NCBI RefSeq assembly: GCF_009914755.1
Contig: NC_060929.1
DNA length: 64,000 nt
Direction: 5' to 3' (one strand)
Source: the human T2T-CHM13v2.0 reference genome, Homo sapiens
Below the pieces are notes generated by a model that made no database searches, had not been told where the DNA came from, and saw only the letters and a list, made by a program, of their open reading frames with translations. Shown here piece after piece: positions 1 to 15,900 of the stretch. The translations under genes were made by a program, and so were the position numbers. The stretch's first letter is position 1. Each line of letters opens with the position of its first letter.

Positions 1-2023
1 ATAATTAAAAGAAAATCAAACAGAAATACTGGAGCTGAAAAATACAATGAATAAAATGAAAAATGCAATAAAGAACATCAATAGCAAAATCAAAGAAGCA
101 AAAGATCTGTGAACTTGAAGGCAGGTTATTTGAAAATATATGGTCAGGAAAAAAAGAAGTAAGATTGAAAAGGAATAAAAGAAAGCTTACGGAATTTATG
201 AGATAGCATTAAAAGCAAATTTTTGAGTCATTAGAGTTCAAGAGGGAGTAGAGAAAGGCAAACAGGTAGAAAGGTTATTCAAAGAATAAGAACAGAAAAC
301 TTTGCAAACCTGGATTCAAAATTTGGTAAAGAATATGCAATAATGATGTAAATTGTAACATCAAAAATTCAAAACACTGAGGGACAGTGTAGTAAAAAGA
401 GTTTATTTTTAGGTTGTTATCAGTTTAAAATAACTATTTTTTTTTGTAAACCTTATGGTAATCACAAAGCAAAAAACCTGCAATAAATACAAAAAATAAA
501 TATAAAGCAAGGAATCAAATGTACTATTAGAGATAATCACTTAGCCACAATGACAGTAAGAATAGAAAACAATTAGGAAACAAGTGGCAGCAGTTAAGCC
601 CTTATCTATCAATACATAAATGCCTTAAATATAAATGGATTAAATTCTCCAATCAAAAGACACAGAGTGACTGGTTGGATTTTTAAAAAGACCCATCTAT
701 ATATTGCCTATAAGGGACTCATTTCAACATATACATACTGAAAGTAAAGAGATTTAAAAAGATATTCTATGCAACTAGAAACCAAAAGACAGTAGGAATA
801 GCTATACTTCTATCAGATGAAATAGACTTTAAGTCAAAAACTAAAAAAGAGACAAAGGTTATTATATATTGATAATTCAGCAAGAGGATATCACAATTAT
901 AAATATAATATGCATCCAACACTGGAACACCTAAATATATAAAGCATATATTAACAGATCTGGAGAGAAAGACTACACACAATAATAGTAGGGAAATTCA
1001 ACACCTCACTTTCAGCAATGGACAGATCATCTAGAGAGAAAATTAACAAGAAAACATCAGAATTAAACTATACTCTGGACCAAATGGGCCTAACACATAT
1101 ACACAGAACATTTCAGTTGCAGAATATATTATTCTTCTTAACTACACATGGGACGTTCCTCACAATAGATATGTTAGACCACAAAACAAATCTTAACAAA
1201 TTTAAGAAAACTGAAATCATATAGAGTATCTTTTCTGACCACAATGGTATAAAACTAGAAGTCAATAAAAGGAGGAGCTTTGGAAAATTCACACATACAT
1301 GGAAATTAAACATCATGATCAAGTGATGCAATGATCCAACAATGGTTCAACACAAACAAATCAATAAATGTGGTACATCACATTAACAGAATTGATGGAC
1401 AAAAACCCTATGATCAATAGATGCAGAAAAAGCACTGGACAAAATTCAACATCCTTTCATAAAAACACTCAACAAATTAGTTATAGAAGAAATGTACCTC
1501 AACACACTAAAGGCCATATGCAACAACTCACAGCTAATACACTGAACAGGGAAAAGTTGAGCTTTTTCTCCAAGATCCTGAACAAGACAAGAATACCGAC
1601 TCTTGCAACTTCTATTCAGCATAGTACTAGAAGTCCTAGCCAGAACAATTAGGCAAGACAAAAGAAATAAATTAAATTGTCCCTGTCTGCAGATTACATG
1701 ACCCTTATATATAGAAAACCCTAAAGACTCCACCAAAATACCGTCAGAACTAATAAATGAATTCAGTAAGCTTGCAGGGAACAAAATCAACATAAAAAAA
1801 TCACTAGTGTTTTTATACACTAACAATGAACTATCTGGGGAAAAAAAAGAAGAAAATAATCCCATTTAGAATAGCTACAAAAAGAAAATAAAATACTTAG
1901 GAATAAATTCAACCAAGGAAGTGAAAGATCTCTACACTGAAAACTATAAAACATTCAAGAAAGAAATAGAAGACAAAAATAAATGGAATGAGATCCCATG
2001 TTCATGAATTAGAAGAATTTATA

Positions 2024-2728
<705 letters not shown>

Positions 2729-3962
2729 CTACCCAAAGCAATCTACAGATTCAATGCAATCCTTCTTAAGATACCAATGACATTTTTCATAAAAACAGAA
2801 AAGGTAATCCTAAAACTCATGTGGAACCAGAAAAGACCCCAAAGAGCCAAAGGAATCTTAAGCAAGAAGAACAATGCTGGAGAGGATCACACTACCTGAC
2901 TTCAAAATATACTACACAAAACTATAGGAATCAAATCAACAGGTAACTAGCATAAAAATAGACACACAGACCATTGTAATAGAATAGAGTCCAGAAATAA
3001 ATCCATGCATTTACAACCAACTAATTTTTGACAGAGATGTGAAAAACACACAATGGGGAAAGGACAGTCTCTTTAACAAATAGTGTTAGGAAAACTGGAT
3101 ATCCACATGCAGAAGAATGAAATTAAATGCTTACTTCTCACTATTATGCAAAATTCAACTGAAAGTGAATTAAAATCTGAAATATAAGACCTAAAACTAT
3201 GAAACTAGTAGAAGAAAGCACAGGAGCAATGCTCCATGACATTGGTCTGGCAAGAATTTTTTGAATGAAACCTCAAAAGCATAGGCAACAAAATAAAAAA
3301 TAGATGAGATTTCAACAAACTAAAAAGCTTCTGCACAGCAAAAGAAGCAATCAACAAAGTGAAGAGAAAACCCACAGAATGGGAGAAAATATCTGCAAAC
3401 TATATCTCTGATAAGGGATTAATATCCGAAAAATATCAGGAACTCAACTCAATAACAAGAAAATAACCCAATTAAAAAAATGCACAAACACCTGAACAAA
3501 CATTTCTCAGAAGAAAACATATAAATTGTCAACAGGTATATGAAAAAATGCTCAATGTCATAAATCATCAGGCAAATACAAATGAAAACCATAATGAGAT
3601 ATTATCTCCTGTTGAAATGGCTATTAGCAAAAAGACAAAATAGAGTTAAGTGTTGGCAAGAGTGTGGAGAAAAGGGAATCCTCCTACACTTGTTGGTAAT
3701 GTGAATTAGTAGAGCCACTAAAGAAAACACCATGGAGGTTCCTCGAAAAATTAAAAAAAAACTACCATATAATTCAGTAATGCCACTCCTTGGTATATAT
3801 CTAAAGTAAATAAAATCAGTATGTTGAAGAGACATCTGTACTTCCTACTTTTATTATAGCTATTCACAACAGCCAAGATATGGAATCAACCTCAGTGTCC
3901 ATTAACAGATGAATGGATAAAGAAAATATAGTATATGAACACAATGGAATACTACGCAGCCA

Positions 3963-4270
3963 TTTTTTTGTTGTTTTTTTAAGACACAGGGTCTTGCTCT
4001 GTTGCCCAGGCTGGAGAGCAGTGGCATGATCATAGCTCACTGCAACCTTGGACTCTTGGGGTGAAGTGATCCTCCTGCCCCACCCTCCTCAGTAGCTAGG
4101 ACTGCAGGCACATTCTACCATGCCTAGCTCATTTTTTAAATTTTTTGTAGGGACAGGGTCTTGCTATGCTATGCTGCTCAAGCTGTCTTGAAGTCCTGGC
4201 TTCAAGTGATCCTCCAGTCTGGACCTCCCAAAGTGCTGGAATTACAGGCATGAGCCACCAAATCTGACTG
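3963..4270 (-). mobile_element. AluJ-like
   Basis: Diverged antisense Alu inside the L1 3' region. Confidence 0.9.
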
Positions 4271-4819
4271 ATTCAGGAATTTAAAAGAAGAAAATGCTGT
4301 CATTTTTGACAATATGAATGAATCTGGAGGGCATTAAATGAAACAAGCCTGGCACAGACAGACAAATAACGCATTATTTCCCTCATATGTAGAATCTTAA
4401 AAAAGTTGATCTCATGGAAATAGAGAGTAGAATGGTAGTTACCAGAGTCTGGAGTGTTTAGCAGGTGAGGAGGGTTAGGGAGATGTTGGTTAAAGGACAC
4501 ATACTTATGGTTAGATAGGAGGATTAAGTTTAAGAGATAAATTGTACAACGTGGTGACTATAGTTAATGATTACATACTATGTTCTTGAAAAATGCTGAG
4601 AGTGGATGCTCAGTATTCTCACTGCAAAAATGATAACTATGTGAGGTAATATATTTGTTAGCTAGACTTAACCATTTCACAATGTATATATACTTCAAAA
4701 AAGCATGTTGTGTACAATAAATACATGTTACATGTCAACTTTTAAAATTAATTTTTTTAAAATGTAAAAAAAAGTTACTTTAAAATAAAAGGGCTGGCTG
4801 TCAATCTTAATCATTGTTA

Positions 4820-5291
4820 TGAAGGAAGAGAAAGACCCTCTCATATTATTTTATACTCAGTACCTGTTCTAAGAAAAAACAACAGGGAAGTAAAACCAAA
4901 GACAGGCAGCCCGGCACCAGGCCCAAAACTGGACATGGGCCTGCCTGGCCTAAACCCAGTAGTTAAAAATCAACTCATAACTTAAAAACCGATGTTATTC
5001 ATAGATTCCAGACATTGTATAGAAGAACGCTGTGAAACTCCCTGCCCTGTTCTGTTTCTCTCTGACCACCAGTGCATGCAGCCCCTGTCACGTACCCCCT
5101 GCTTGCTCAAATCAATCACGACCCTTTCATGTGAAATCTTTAGTGTTGTGAGCCCTTAAAAGGGACAGAAATTGTGCACTTGAGGAGCTCGGATTTTGAG
5201 GCAGTAGCTTGCCAATGCTCCCAGCTGAATAAAGCCCTTCCTTCTACAACTCGGTGTCTGAGAGGTTTTGTCTGCGGCTCGTCCTGCTACA
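4820..5291 (+). mobile_element. Solo LTR, LTR2 family (HERV-E/Harlequin, ERV1)
   Basis: TG...CA termini with exact 4-bp TSD GTTA (4816-4819, 5292-5295). AATAAA, and 3' end CGGTGTCTGAG..GTTTTGTCTGCGGCTCGTCCTGCTACA. Confidence 0.88.
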
Positions 5292-5433
5292 GTTACAGTT
5301 TGGTGAAATAAAGTTGTAATGAAAATACCTGACAGTAGAACCCACAGCTTAATCAAGTAGAAGATCTGTTCTCTTAGTATATCACGGAAGTCAGTTAAAA
5401 ATAAATGATTTTAGGCACTAATCCAATCTGAAG

Positions 5434-5851
5434 AATAATGAATTTAGCCTTACTAATAATGAATTTAGCCTGCCCAGTGGATGATAGTCTCATGTAGTCT
5501 ATTAGACTCCCTCTACTAGAGAGACAGTCTCTTTAACAAATCGTGTTAGGAAAACTGGATATCCACATGCAGAACAATGAAATTAAATGCTTACTTCTCA
5601 CCATATGCAAAATTCAATTGTAAGTGAATTAAAATCTGAAATAAAATATCTAAAACTATGAAACTAGTAGAAGAAAGCTCCTATGCCTTCTTCTACTAGA
5701 GGGAGTCTAATAATCTCATGTAGTCTATTAGACTATATGAGTCTAATAATCTCATGTAGTCTATTAGACTATATGAGTCTAATAATCTCATGTAGTCTAT
5801 TTGAGGGAGTCTAATAGACTACATGAGATTATCATCCACTGGGCAGGCTAA
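5434..5851. repeat. Composite inverted/tandem repeat around a locally copied L1 fragment
   Basis: 49-bp inverted arms at 5465-5513 and 5803-5851 (1 mismatch); 36-bp tandem x2.7 at 5703-5800; 5523-5678 copies 3063-3219. Confidence 0.92.
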
Positions 5852-8800
5852 TGACACAATGAGGACTGAGGTGTTAAAGGAGGCCAACTAGCTATATCTA
5901 GTACCTAACATACATGGTATGATACTGGGAAAATACCCACAGTCCAAGGCATGTAAACAAAGTTCTGCAAATCTAGAAACTACATCTTGTCAGTGCCCCA
6001 GACATAGAGAGACTCTCAAGTCTAACCTACGATGCTTCTAAGAGATTTAGGAATGTATCAATGAACATACCATACTGACAATTTAATGATTTATAGCAAG
6101 GAACAAATGCCATGATAGCCAGACATTTCAATTTTCTGGTAAATGTGCTCCTTGTAAGAATCCTATTCAGAAAAATCAAATATAAAAGTTTCAGCATGGG
6201 ATCAAAATAAAGAGAGTGAAAAGACTTTTAGTGACCAGTAGCACCAAATTTAGTGTAATGTTTTCCCAATTTTCGTTTTAAGTGATAGAACCCTGTCTGC
6301 TGCTGCCCCACCTTCCCAAATCTTAACTTTAATACCTACATATTTTTAAAATGTATGGGAATGGGGAAGGAAAGAAGAGCCCTACCATTTTCTTTTCCCC
6401 TCAAGATCATTGTCACTCTCACCAAATGGCTCCTGAGGCATTTTCGCAAAACACGGTGAATACCACGATTAACATATCCTTTGAAAATTACACTGTTCCT
6501 GGGGTCCCTTTTCTTAAAACTTGCCAAAGGTCTGTTCTTTCAGATACTTGTTTTCCTGCTTGGGGGCTTAATATTAGCCTTTTTTTTTTCTTTTTCCAAC
6601 AATTACCAATTTAGCTTTCCTTGGAATCAGTATATTCATATACAGAACTTGCTTATGTTACTTTCCAGCCTATCAGAGGTCACAGATGGTATATAAACTT
6701 TTGTAACCTTAGGCAATTTAAACTCTCTGAAGTTCCAATTCCTTATCTATGAATGTGGGGGTAATAATAAAACTTATTTCACTGGATTTTTGAGAGGACA
6801 GAATGTGATAATCCACATTTTGCATGTGCAAATAGTGAAAACATTTTGAGCAATGTTTGGAATAGTAAAAGCACTCAAATGTCAGTTATATGCTTTAAAA
6901 AACCTATTTTTTATTCAATAAAAAATCAAGTTTTAAAAAACACTAATTTAGTTTTGAAACAATACAAGCTTCTCTAAAACATCTGTCTCTATCAATTCAT
7001 AGGGATTATTTATTTAACATAAAAACACAAACAAAGGTGGACAAAAGAAACAAGCTTTAGATAATCTGGCAGCATAAAACATTTTAAGTTGTAGATGAAT
7101 TAAATGGTAAGTTAAAGAGGTTGTTTTCTTGATTCCAATTTGTAACACTGGGCTTCAGATAACTGTATCCCAACTCTGTTAAGATATAAGAAAAGCATGG
7201 AAATTGTGATTTTTTTTTTTGCACCTATCACTATCTATTACCATGTATTTAGTATATATAACGGAATGATTAAAAGGAAAACCAAATCATGTCACTCCTC
7301 TGTTCAAAGTCCTTCAGTGCTCTCCACGACAAATTCTATACCCCTGAATTAACCTCAGAGCCGCTCTTTCCTCTTCCTAGAATACTCTCCTCCAAATATA
7401 TTCATTGTTTAGCTGTTACTTCCTTAAGGTTTTGACTCAAGTGAATCCCTTCCTTTGCCACCTTATCTAAAATTTTAACCTCTAACTCCCACCTATTCAC
7501 ACATGCTTCTCATTCTATTTAAAGGCTTGAAAATAAGAAACTAGAGCAAAGGTAGTTAGGTAATCAAAATGATAACTTGTTGGATATATCAAAACCATCA
7601 GAACTGGATAGTAAAATACTTCTGCTGCTATCCTAAACAACACTGGAGACAGTGAAAAATACTTCGGTTTTTCTTTTCCATGCATAATGCCCTTCCTTGG
7701 AGGCAAAACTGATGCCTTGTTCTGCGTAACTATGGAAAAGCCTGCACATCACATTCAAAAGTCAAGGGGAAAAGACACTTTGTACTCCGAGATGGGGGAA
7801 AAAAAAATCCAGTCATCTCACTTAGTTTTAAAGTCCCCCAAATTCCCAAATTAACAAAACCTTGAGCTGTTCCTTTAACTACTGACTCCCTATGTCCTTG
7901 ACTTCTGCAAAGGTGTTATCTGAAGATACATGATAACCTTTGCAGATATGATAATCATATGCAAAGTATGAAAAACGGTTGTTTTTCCTACTATGTAGAG
8001 ACTAGATGGAAACTTTGGAATCTTATTTTCCCCCCTTTAAAACTGACAGCATTTTTATTTGGAGAGTTGGTTCTTCTGAAGTCTGTATTCTCTTGTAAAC
8101 CATCTTTGTAAGTAAATTTCTAAATGTCTTGGCCTCATTTTGATACTGCTTATTGGCTCTCCCCTTACTTGGCTTTCTCTGATCCATAACATCAAGGGTA
8201 CAGCTGGGCTGAAGACAGGGCAGGTTGAAAGTCTGTATGTAACACAGTAATAGTCTTTTTTTTTAAGATAAAATACGGTAAAATTGGTTAGGTTTTCTAC
8301 TCTCTGTTGTGTTTCCATGAAACTACATCCCAGCTCATGAAAGACATGAACTATGATACTACCAAAATCTCCTCTGGCACAGTCTTTAAAACCTCTTAGT
8401 GTGATTTCTAAAAATTTCTGGGGTTTTGTAACTGCCTTATTGCTTACCCTCATGTCCCGACCATAATGATATATAGCATATATAAGTTCATAGAAGGTCA
8501 CTTCAATGAGAGTAAAGGTCTAATAAGTTGTAAAAAAAAAAAAAAAAAAAAAACAACCAAACAACAACAACAAAAAGCCTAATATGATACCTACTCTATA
8601 GAATATTATCCAGCTATTTTAATAAGCAAGTTTGTATATATAAAAAAAATCACATCAAGGATTAACAGTAACTACCTCTAAACTATATGAGTAGAGCTAA
8701 TTGTTTTCATTTACTAATTGTTTTCATTTGCTTACCTGTATTTTCCATAAATGATACATAATACTTTTGTTAAAGGAAAAAAAGTTCATTTAAAAATACA

Positions 8801-8914
8801 TAAGACCTGTGGGTAAATATGGTGGCAGATTGATACATTCATCTTGACTTAACAAACCCCACTTAAAAGATAAAAAAAGGCATTAAACTAGAAATAAGAA
8901 GATTAGAAGGAAGA

Positions 8915-9230
<316 letters not shown>

Positions 9231-9791
9231 GAAAAAACACAACAAAAAAAGAGAATTCAATCAAATTTTAGATATCTGAAAGCAAACGAGCAAATTAAGA
9301 TGTCACAGGTGACTAGGGAAATCTAAGTGTGCAGTGACGGAGGACAAGATAAGATGCAATCTTATTTGTGTCAAAGAACCACAGAAAGAATAAAAAGAAT
9401 GAGAATCAGCAACTTCAAACACTAGATTCCTCTGAAGCTATAAACAGAAGAACTGATTAAAAGTAAGAAGCAATTAGTCTGCTTAGACACCATCCCTAAA
9501 AATAACCAAATTACCCTTCTAGCAGAAGACTAGAGGTTTTCTATTTGGATATGTTGAATTGAAAGAACCCCTAAAGTAAGCACTATCAAAGAAAGCTGAG
9601 GAAAAGGGTTCAAAACAGAAAGATCAAGGCAAAGCCTATATTGAGTAGTGAAACTCTCACCCTCTACCCCCTATCTGATACTATTTCTCCATCCAAAGCA
9701 AGCAAGGCTCCTCAGAGAAATGGTCCAGGACTGGGGCAAGGGAGGTGTAAGATAAGATGAATCCGGAAAATCTTGAGCTTGAAAGTAAGTA

Positions 9792-9824
<33 letters not shown>

Positions 9825-10177
9825 CCACACGCGTTTGTCAAAAGGACCAAGAAATCAGCTCGAAGGTGCTTCTATTAGCCATATCTAGGACAATTTTGAT
9901 CATCAAAATATATAAGTACAGTAATGGATTATAACACATTCAATATTAAGCAGAAACAGGTAAGTCCCCTATGATATTAAATGGGACAAAAAAAAAGACT
10001 GTGTTTTGTTGAGTTTTTAATAATAATATGCTAGCTGATAAACTCTGCAATGCTTGCAGCATTAAAAAACTCACTACTTTGCAAACATTATTAAACTAAG
10101 ATTCAGTGGGTGAGGCATCATAAATAATTGCTAAATTAGAGAAAAGGATGATGATGGAATAAGATTTTTACAGTCTT

Positions 10178-10897
10178 TTTTTTTAACTTTTATTTTAGGT
10201 TTGGGGGTACATGTGAAGGTTTGTTACATAGGTGAACTCTTACCACAGGGGTTTGCTGTACAGATTGTTTCATCACCCAGGTATTAAACCCAGTACCCAA
10301 TAGTTATCTATTCTGCTCCTCTTCTTCTTCTCACCCTCTACCCTCAAGTAGACCCCAGAGTCCATTGTTCCCTTCTCTGTGTTAATGAGTTCCCACCATT
10401 TAGTTCCCACTTATAAATGAGAACATGTGGTACTCTTCCTGCATTACTATGCTAAGGATAATAGTCTCCAGCTCCATCCACGTTCCTGCAAAAGACGTGA
10501 TCTCACTCTTTTTTATGTCTGCATAGTATTCCATGGTGTCTATGTACCACATTTTCTTTATCTAATCTGTCACTGATGGACATTTAGGTTGACTCCATGT
10601 CTTTTTTTTATTGTGAATAGTGCTGCAATGAACATTCGAGTGCATGTGTCTTTATGGCAGAAGGATTTATATTCCTCTAGGTATATATTCAGTAATGGAA
10701 TTGCTGGGTTGAATGGTAGTTTTGCTTTTAGCTCTGTGAGGAATCGCCATACTGCTTTCCACAATGGTTGAACTAATTTATGCTCCCACCAACAGTATGT
10801 AAGTGTTACCTTTTCTCTGCAACCTTGCCAGCATCTGTTGTTTTTTGACTTTTTAATAATAGCCATTCTGACAGGTGTGAGATGGTATCTTATTGTT
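10178..10897 (-). mobile_element. 5'-truncated L1PA15/16-like element
   Basis: ORF2 C-terminus (MAIIKKSKNNRCW...) and 3' UTR; ACAGTCTT repeated on both flanks. Confidence 0.88.
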
Positions 10898-11459
10898 TAC
10901 ACAGTCTTAACATATATTCCATGGACCTTACCTTCTAGTTTCAAGGAGATACAGAAACTACAAAGAAGAAAAACTAGACAACCCCTTGGCCCTTTGCTGG
11001 ATTCTTGAAATTACTGTCAAATGAGGGACCACTATCTATGTCTCTAATGTGATACCCTGAGAAAAACACTACATCATTTACATAATATTCTGAACCTAGG
11101 TACTTACAGGAGTTACCTACATTATTCTTGCAACTTTTCTATGTGAAATGATTTCAAAATAAGTTAAAAAACAAAAACGATACTTAAAAATACACCATCG
11201 GTCAACTCTATTCTTCCTTCCCTCATGAAAGTCCTTTGTAGAAGCTGGTTGCTTAATCTCTCCTTATATCTCATTGTTAAGGAGAGCCAAAGCTCATCAG
11301 ACATTTGAAGAAAACCTCTAATAATAAAATCACAGACTAAACACAAGGGGGAAAAATGGAATTCTGAAGCAATCGTCAATGCTGCAAGAATCAAACGATA
11401 AACTCACACGCATACATGCCCTACGTAATATACGCATACGTGTGCATGCATACACATAA

Positions 11460-12200
11460 CTCCAACTGGGCCCTCTTCCCTGGTCTCCAGACTTTTTTAC
11501 TCAGTTGCTCTCTCTATTATCTTCTGATAATGCCTAACAGCCTTCTCAACATAATCCAAAATTGATCATCTGATTTGCCTTCCTCAAGAAGGCTTCCACA
11601 TTTCTGTAAATGGTAACAATACAGTTGCTTCGACCTGAATAATCTGATTTCTCATTTCTCTCACACTCCATAGGAATTCATTAGCAAATCTGCAAATCTT
11701 GTCAGCTTTGCCTTCAAAAGAAATCCAGAATCCAAGTGCTTTTCGTAATCTCCACCACTGTTAACTCTGGTCCCAGCCACCAGCATCTCTCATCTGGATT
11801 ACCTGCAACAGCCTTTAAAGGCTGCCTGATTCTATTTTCCTGCTTCCATCCCTGCCTCCTACAATCTATTCTTAACACAGCAGCCCAAGTGATCCTGTTG
11901 CACGGATCAAATCACTCCTCTGCTCAAACCTCCAGCAACTTCCCATCTCGCTCAGCATTAAAGTCAAAGTCCTTATGGATGATCCACAAGGCTCTCCACA
12001 ACCAGGCCTCACTACCACTTTGCTTTCCCCGTGTCTACTCTGCTCCAGTCGTATTGGCCTTCTTTAACTAGCTTTGGTTGTCCTTTACAACTGCTGTTCC
12101 TTCTCACCTGGTCACCACTTCTTCTAAATGGCATGACTCATTCCTTTCCCACCTTCAGACTGCTTCTCAAATTCCCCATTTCACTCATTATAAAAACTGC
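11460..12200 (+). mobile_element. L2 fragment
   Basis: Pyrimidine-rich L2-like tracts (CCAGCCACCAGCATCTCTCATCTGGATTAC; ACAGCAGCCCAAGTGATCCTG). Confidence 0.65.
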
Positions 12201-12974
12201 CCCAATACACACACAGTTTTACATCCCTGAAATAAGGATATATCCTACAAATGATATAAATTTGAATAGTTACTATAGTATATAATTATACGGTGCACCT
12301 TAAATTTAGTGGCATCAAACTAATTAAAATACGGTAATATTTAGCCAGAGAAACCTTCCCAGCCCACCCTACAATAAAAGATGTTAAAATAACAAAAGCT
12401 ACTTAATAAAAATGTGCTTAACAGCCTAAGAGGAACAGACTCCCAAAGTCAGTCTGAATAACTATATCATCCCCAAATGTAAAATATCTTAAACAATTTG
12501 TTTTCTGTTTGTAAATCTTAACTGCAAATTTTTCAGGAAAATATATAGGAAAGCTAATTATAACTATTAATTATTCATTTCCAGTTCTTTCATATAACAT
12601 ATTGACTTGATGTATCTGCTTGATTAGTTTAACTCTTCAATTCTGAGAATCTCTAAATAAAACAAAACCCCGTCTTTAATTTTTGCTCTCGAAGGCACGG
12701 ACACTGACAATATTACTGTGATTTTTGGCTACAATGATAATAAAAGAAAATGCTAATTTTGTGGTTATATATGATCTCTCCTCTCATATGAATCACAATC
12801 TAGTAGGATTAGCATACAAAATAATGGGATGTCAGAGATCCCAAAATATATTTTTACAATGTTACCGGAATGTTACAGGACCTTACCAGAACTTATTTGA
12901 TTATAATTACTTGATAAAAATATATTTTAATGACCTTAACTTAGCTTCTAAAACTACTTCTTTCCTGGGATAGA

Positions 12975-15900
12975 GCACCAGATGGGCTCTTGGGGTCCCA
13001 AATTCCAGGCCTTGGCTCCTGGATGCCATTTCTAGACCAGCCCTGGGCCAGAAGGGAGCTCGCTACCCTAAAAGGAGAGACCCAGGCCTTGCAGGATTCA
13101 CCACAAGATGACTAAAGAGCCCTTGGACCTTGAGTGAACATTGGCAGTATCCAGGCAGTACTCATTACAGGCCTGGGGTGGTGGTTAACACACGAAGGCA
13201 CTCTATCATGAGGAAAGGTAAGAGAAGAGTGGAAGGACTTGTGGCTTGGGTGCTAGTTCAGCCCCAGTAAAATAGAGCACCAAGTAGACACCTAAGGATT
13301 CTGACTCCAGGCCCCGGCCCAGGGGGTAGCTTGCCACCCTAAAGGGAAGGACATAGCCTGGCTAAATTTGTCACCTACTGACTGACACCTACTGGAGAGC
13401 CTTTAGGCCTTGAGTAAATACCAGCAGTAGTCAGACAGTAGTCACTGTGGGCCTTGGGCAAGACCCAGTGCTGTGGTGGCTGTGGGTCTGACCCAGGATA
13501 GTCCCAGTGGTAGTGGCCACAGTGGTGCTTGTGTCACCTTTACCCCAGCTCCAGGCAGCTCAACGCAAAGAAACTCCATTTAGGGGAAAGGGTAGAGGAC
13601 AAGAGTTTCCGCCTGGTAATCCAGAGAATTCTCTTGGATTATACCCAAGATCAGCAAGGCAGTACTATTTGTGAGTCTGCAAGAGTCACAGCATTACTAG
13701 GCTTGGGGTGCCACCTAATGCAGATACCGCTATAGCAACTAGGGACTGATCACAACAGTCAGTTCCCATTGAACACTTGGAAAACCTTCCTAAGAAGAAT
13801 GGGTACAAAGAAGCCCACACTGCGAAGACTGTAATAAATACCTAACTTTTCAATGACCAGAAATCAATGAACATCCATAGCATTAAGAACATCCAGGAAA
13901 ACATGACCTCACCAAACAAACTAAGTAAGGCACCAGTGATAAATCCCAGAATGACAGAGAAATGTGCCCTTTAAGATACGGTATTCAAAATAGCTATTTT
14001 GAGTTAGCTCAATGAAGCTGAAGATAAACAGAGAAGAAATTCAGACTCCTATCTGAATTTAACAAACTGTACAAATTTAATGAAATCAAGTGGAAATTCT
14101 AGAGCTGAAAAATCCAATTGATAAAATGAAATATACATCAGTGTCTCTCAACAGCATAATTAATTATGCAGAAGATACAATGAGTGAGCTTGAAGACAGG
14201 CTATTTGAAAATATAGTCAGAGGAGATAAAAAAAGAATAAAGAATGTAGCAAGCCTACAAGATCTACAAAATACCCCCAAAAGGGCAACTCTAAGAGTCA
14301 CTGGCCTTAAAGTATAAATAGAGAGTGAGGTGAAGGTAGAAAGTTTGATTCAAAGCGATAACAACAGAGAAATTAACAAACACAGAGATCAATATGAACA
14401 TATAAGAAGGTTATAGAACATCAAGAAGATTTAATCCAAATAAGTCTACATCAAGGCATTAAGATTAAGCATAAAGATCCTAAAAGTAGCAAGAGAAAAG
14501 AAACAATATACAATGGAGCTCCAATACATCTAGCAGAAGACTTCTCAGTAGAAACATTATAGAACATGAAATAAAGTGCTGAAAAAAACTTTTATCTTAG
14601 AATAGTATATCCAGCAAAAATATCCTTCAAACATGATGGAAAAATAAAGACTTTCACAGAAAAACAAAAGCTGAGGGACTTCAACACTAGACCTGTCTTG
14701 TAAGAGCTGCTAAAGGAAGTTCTTCAGTCTGGGGAAAAAAAAAAAGACATTAACGAGCAATAAGAAATCATCTGAAGTTACAAAAATCACTAATAGTATG
14801 TACACAATCACAGAATATATAACACCTTAATTGTGGTGTGTAAACTACTCATATCTTGAGTAGTAAGACTAAAAGATGAACCTACAAAAAATGATAACTA
14901 CATCAACTTTTGAAGACACAGACAGTATAACATATAAAGAGAAACAATAAAAAGTTTAAAAGTGGGGGGTGATAAAATTATAGAGTTTTTATGAATTCTC
15001 TCTGTTTCTTAGTTTGTTTCTTTTTGTAACCAGTGCTAAGTTATCATGAGTCTAAAATAATGGCTTGTTATTTGAAAGCCTCATGGTAACATCGAATCTA
15101 CAACAGACAACAGACAAAACCTGCAACAGACAAAAAGCAAAAAATTAAAACATACCACCAGAGAGAATCACCGGCACACGAACATAAAAAGAAAAAAAAA
15201 ACAGGAAAGAAAGAAAAAAAAGAAGACCACAAAATAACCAGAAAACAAATAACAAAATGGCAGGAGTAAATCCTTGCTTATTAATAACAGTATGAATGTA
15301 TATGGACTAAACTCTCCAATCAAAAGACAGAGTGACTGAATGGATTAAAAAAAAAAAAAGCAAGACCCAATGATCTGTTGCCTACAAGAAATACACGTCA
15401 TCTATAAAGACACAGACTGAAAATAAAAGAATGGAAAAAGATATTCCATGCCAATGGAAAGCAAAAAATAGCAGGCTTAGCTATTCTTAGACAACATTTC
15501 AAGACAAAACCAACAAGAAATAAGAAGGTCGTTACATAATGACAAAGGGGTTAATTCAGAAGGATATAATAATAGTAAATATATATGCAACACTAGACCA
15601 CCCAGATATATAAAGCAAATATTAACAGAACTAAAGAGAGAGACCATTATACAATAGCTGGAGACTTCAACACCCCACTTTCAGCACTGGACAGATCATT
15701 TCAGACAGAAAATCAAGAAACATCAGACTTAATCTATACTATAGACCAAATGGACCTAAAAGATATTTACAGATCATGTTATACAACAGTTGTAGAGGAC
15801 ACATTCTCCTCAGCACATGGATCACTCTCAAGGCCAGACCATATGTTAGGCCACAAAATAAATCAAAAAATTCAAAATAACTGAAATCATTATCAAGTAC

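Noticed and set aside
5465-5851. Novel TIR transposon carrying cargo
   Set aside because: No TSD, and the cargo and internal repeats derive from local sequence; better explained as a repair scar.
8055-8501. 148-aa minus-strand ORF
   Set aside because: Non-ATG start (GTG), no recognisable domain or CERT sequence, no clear exon boundaries.
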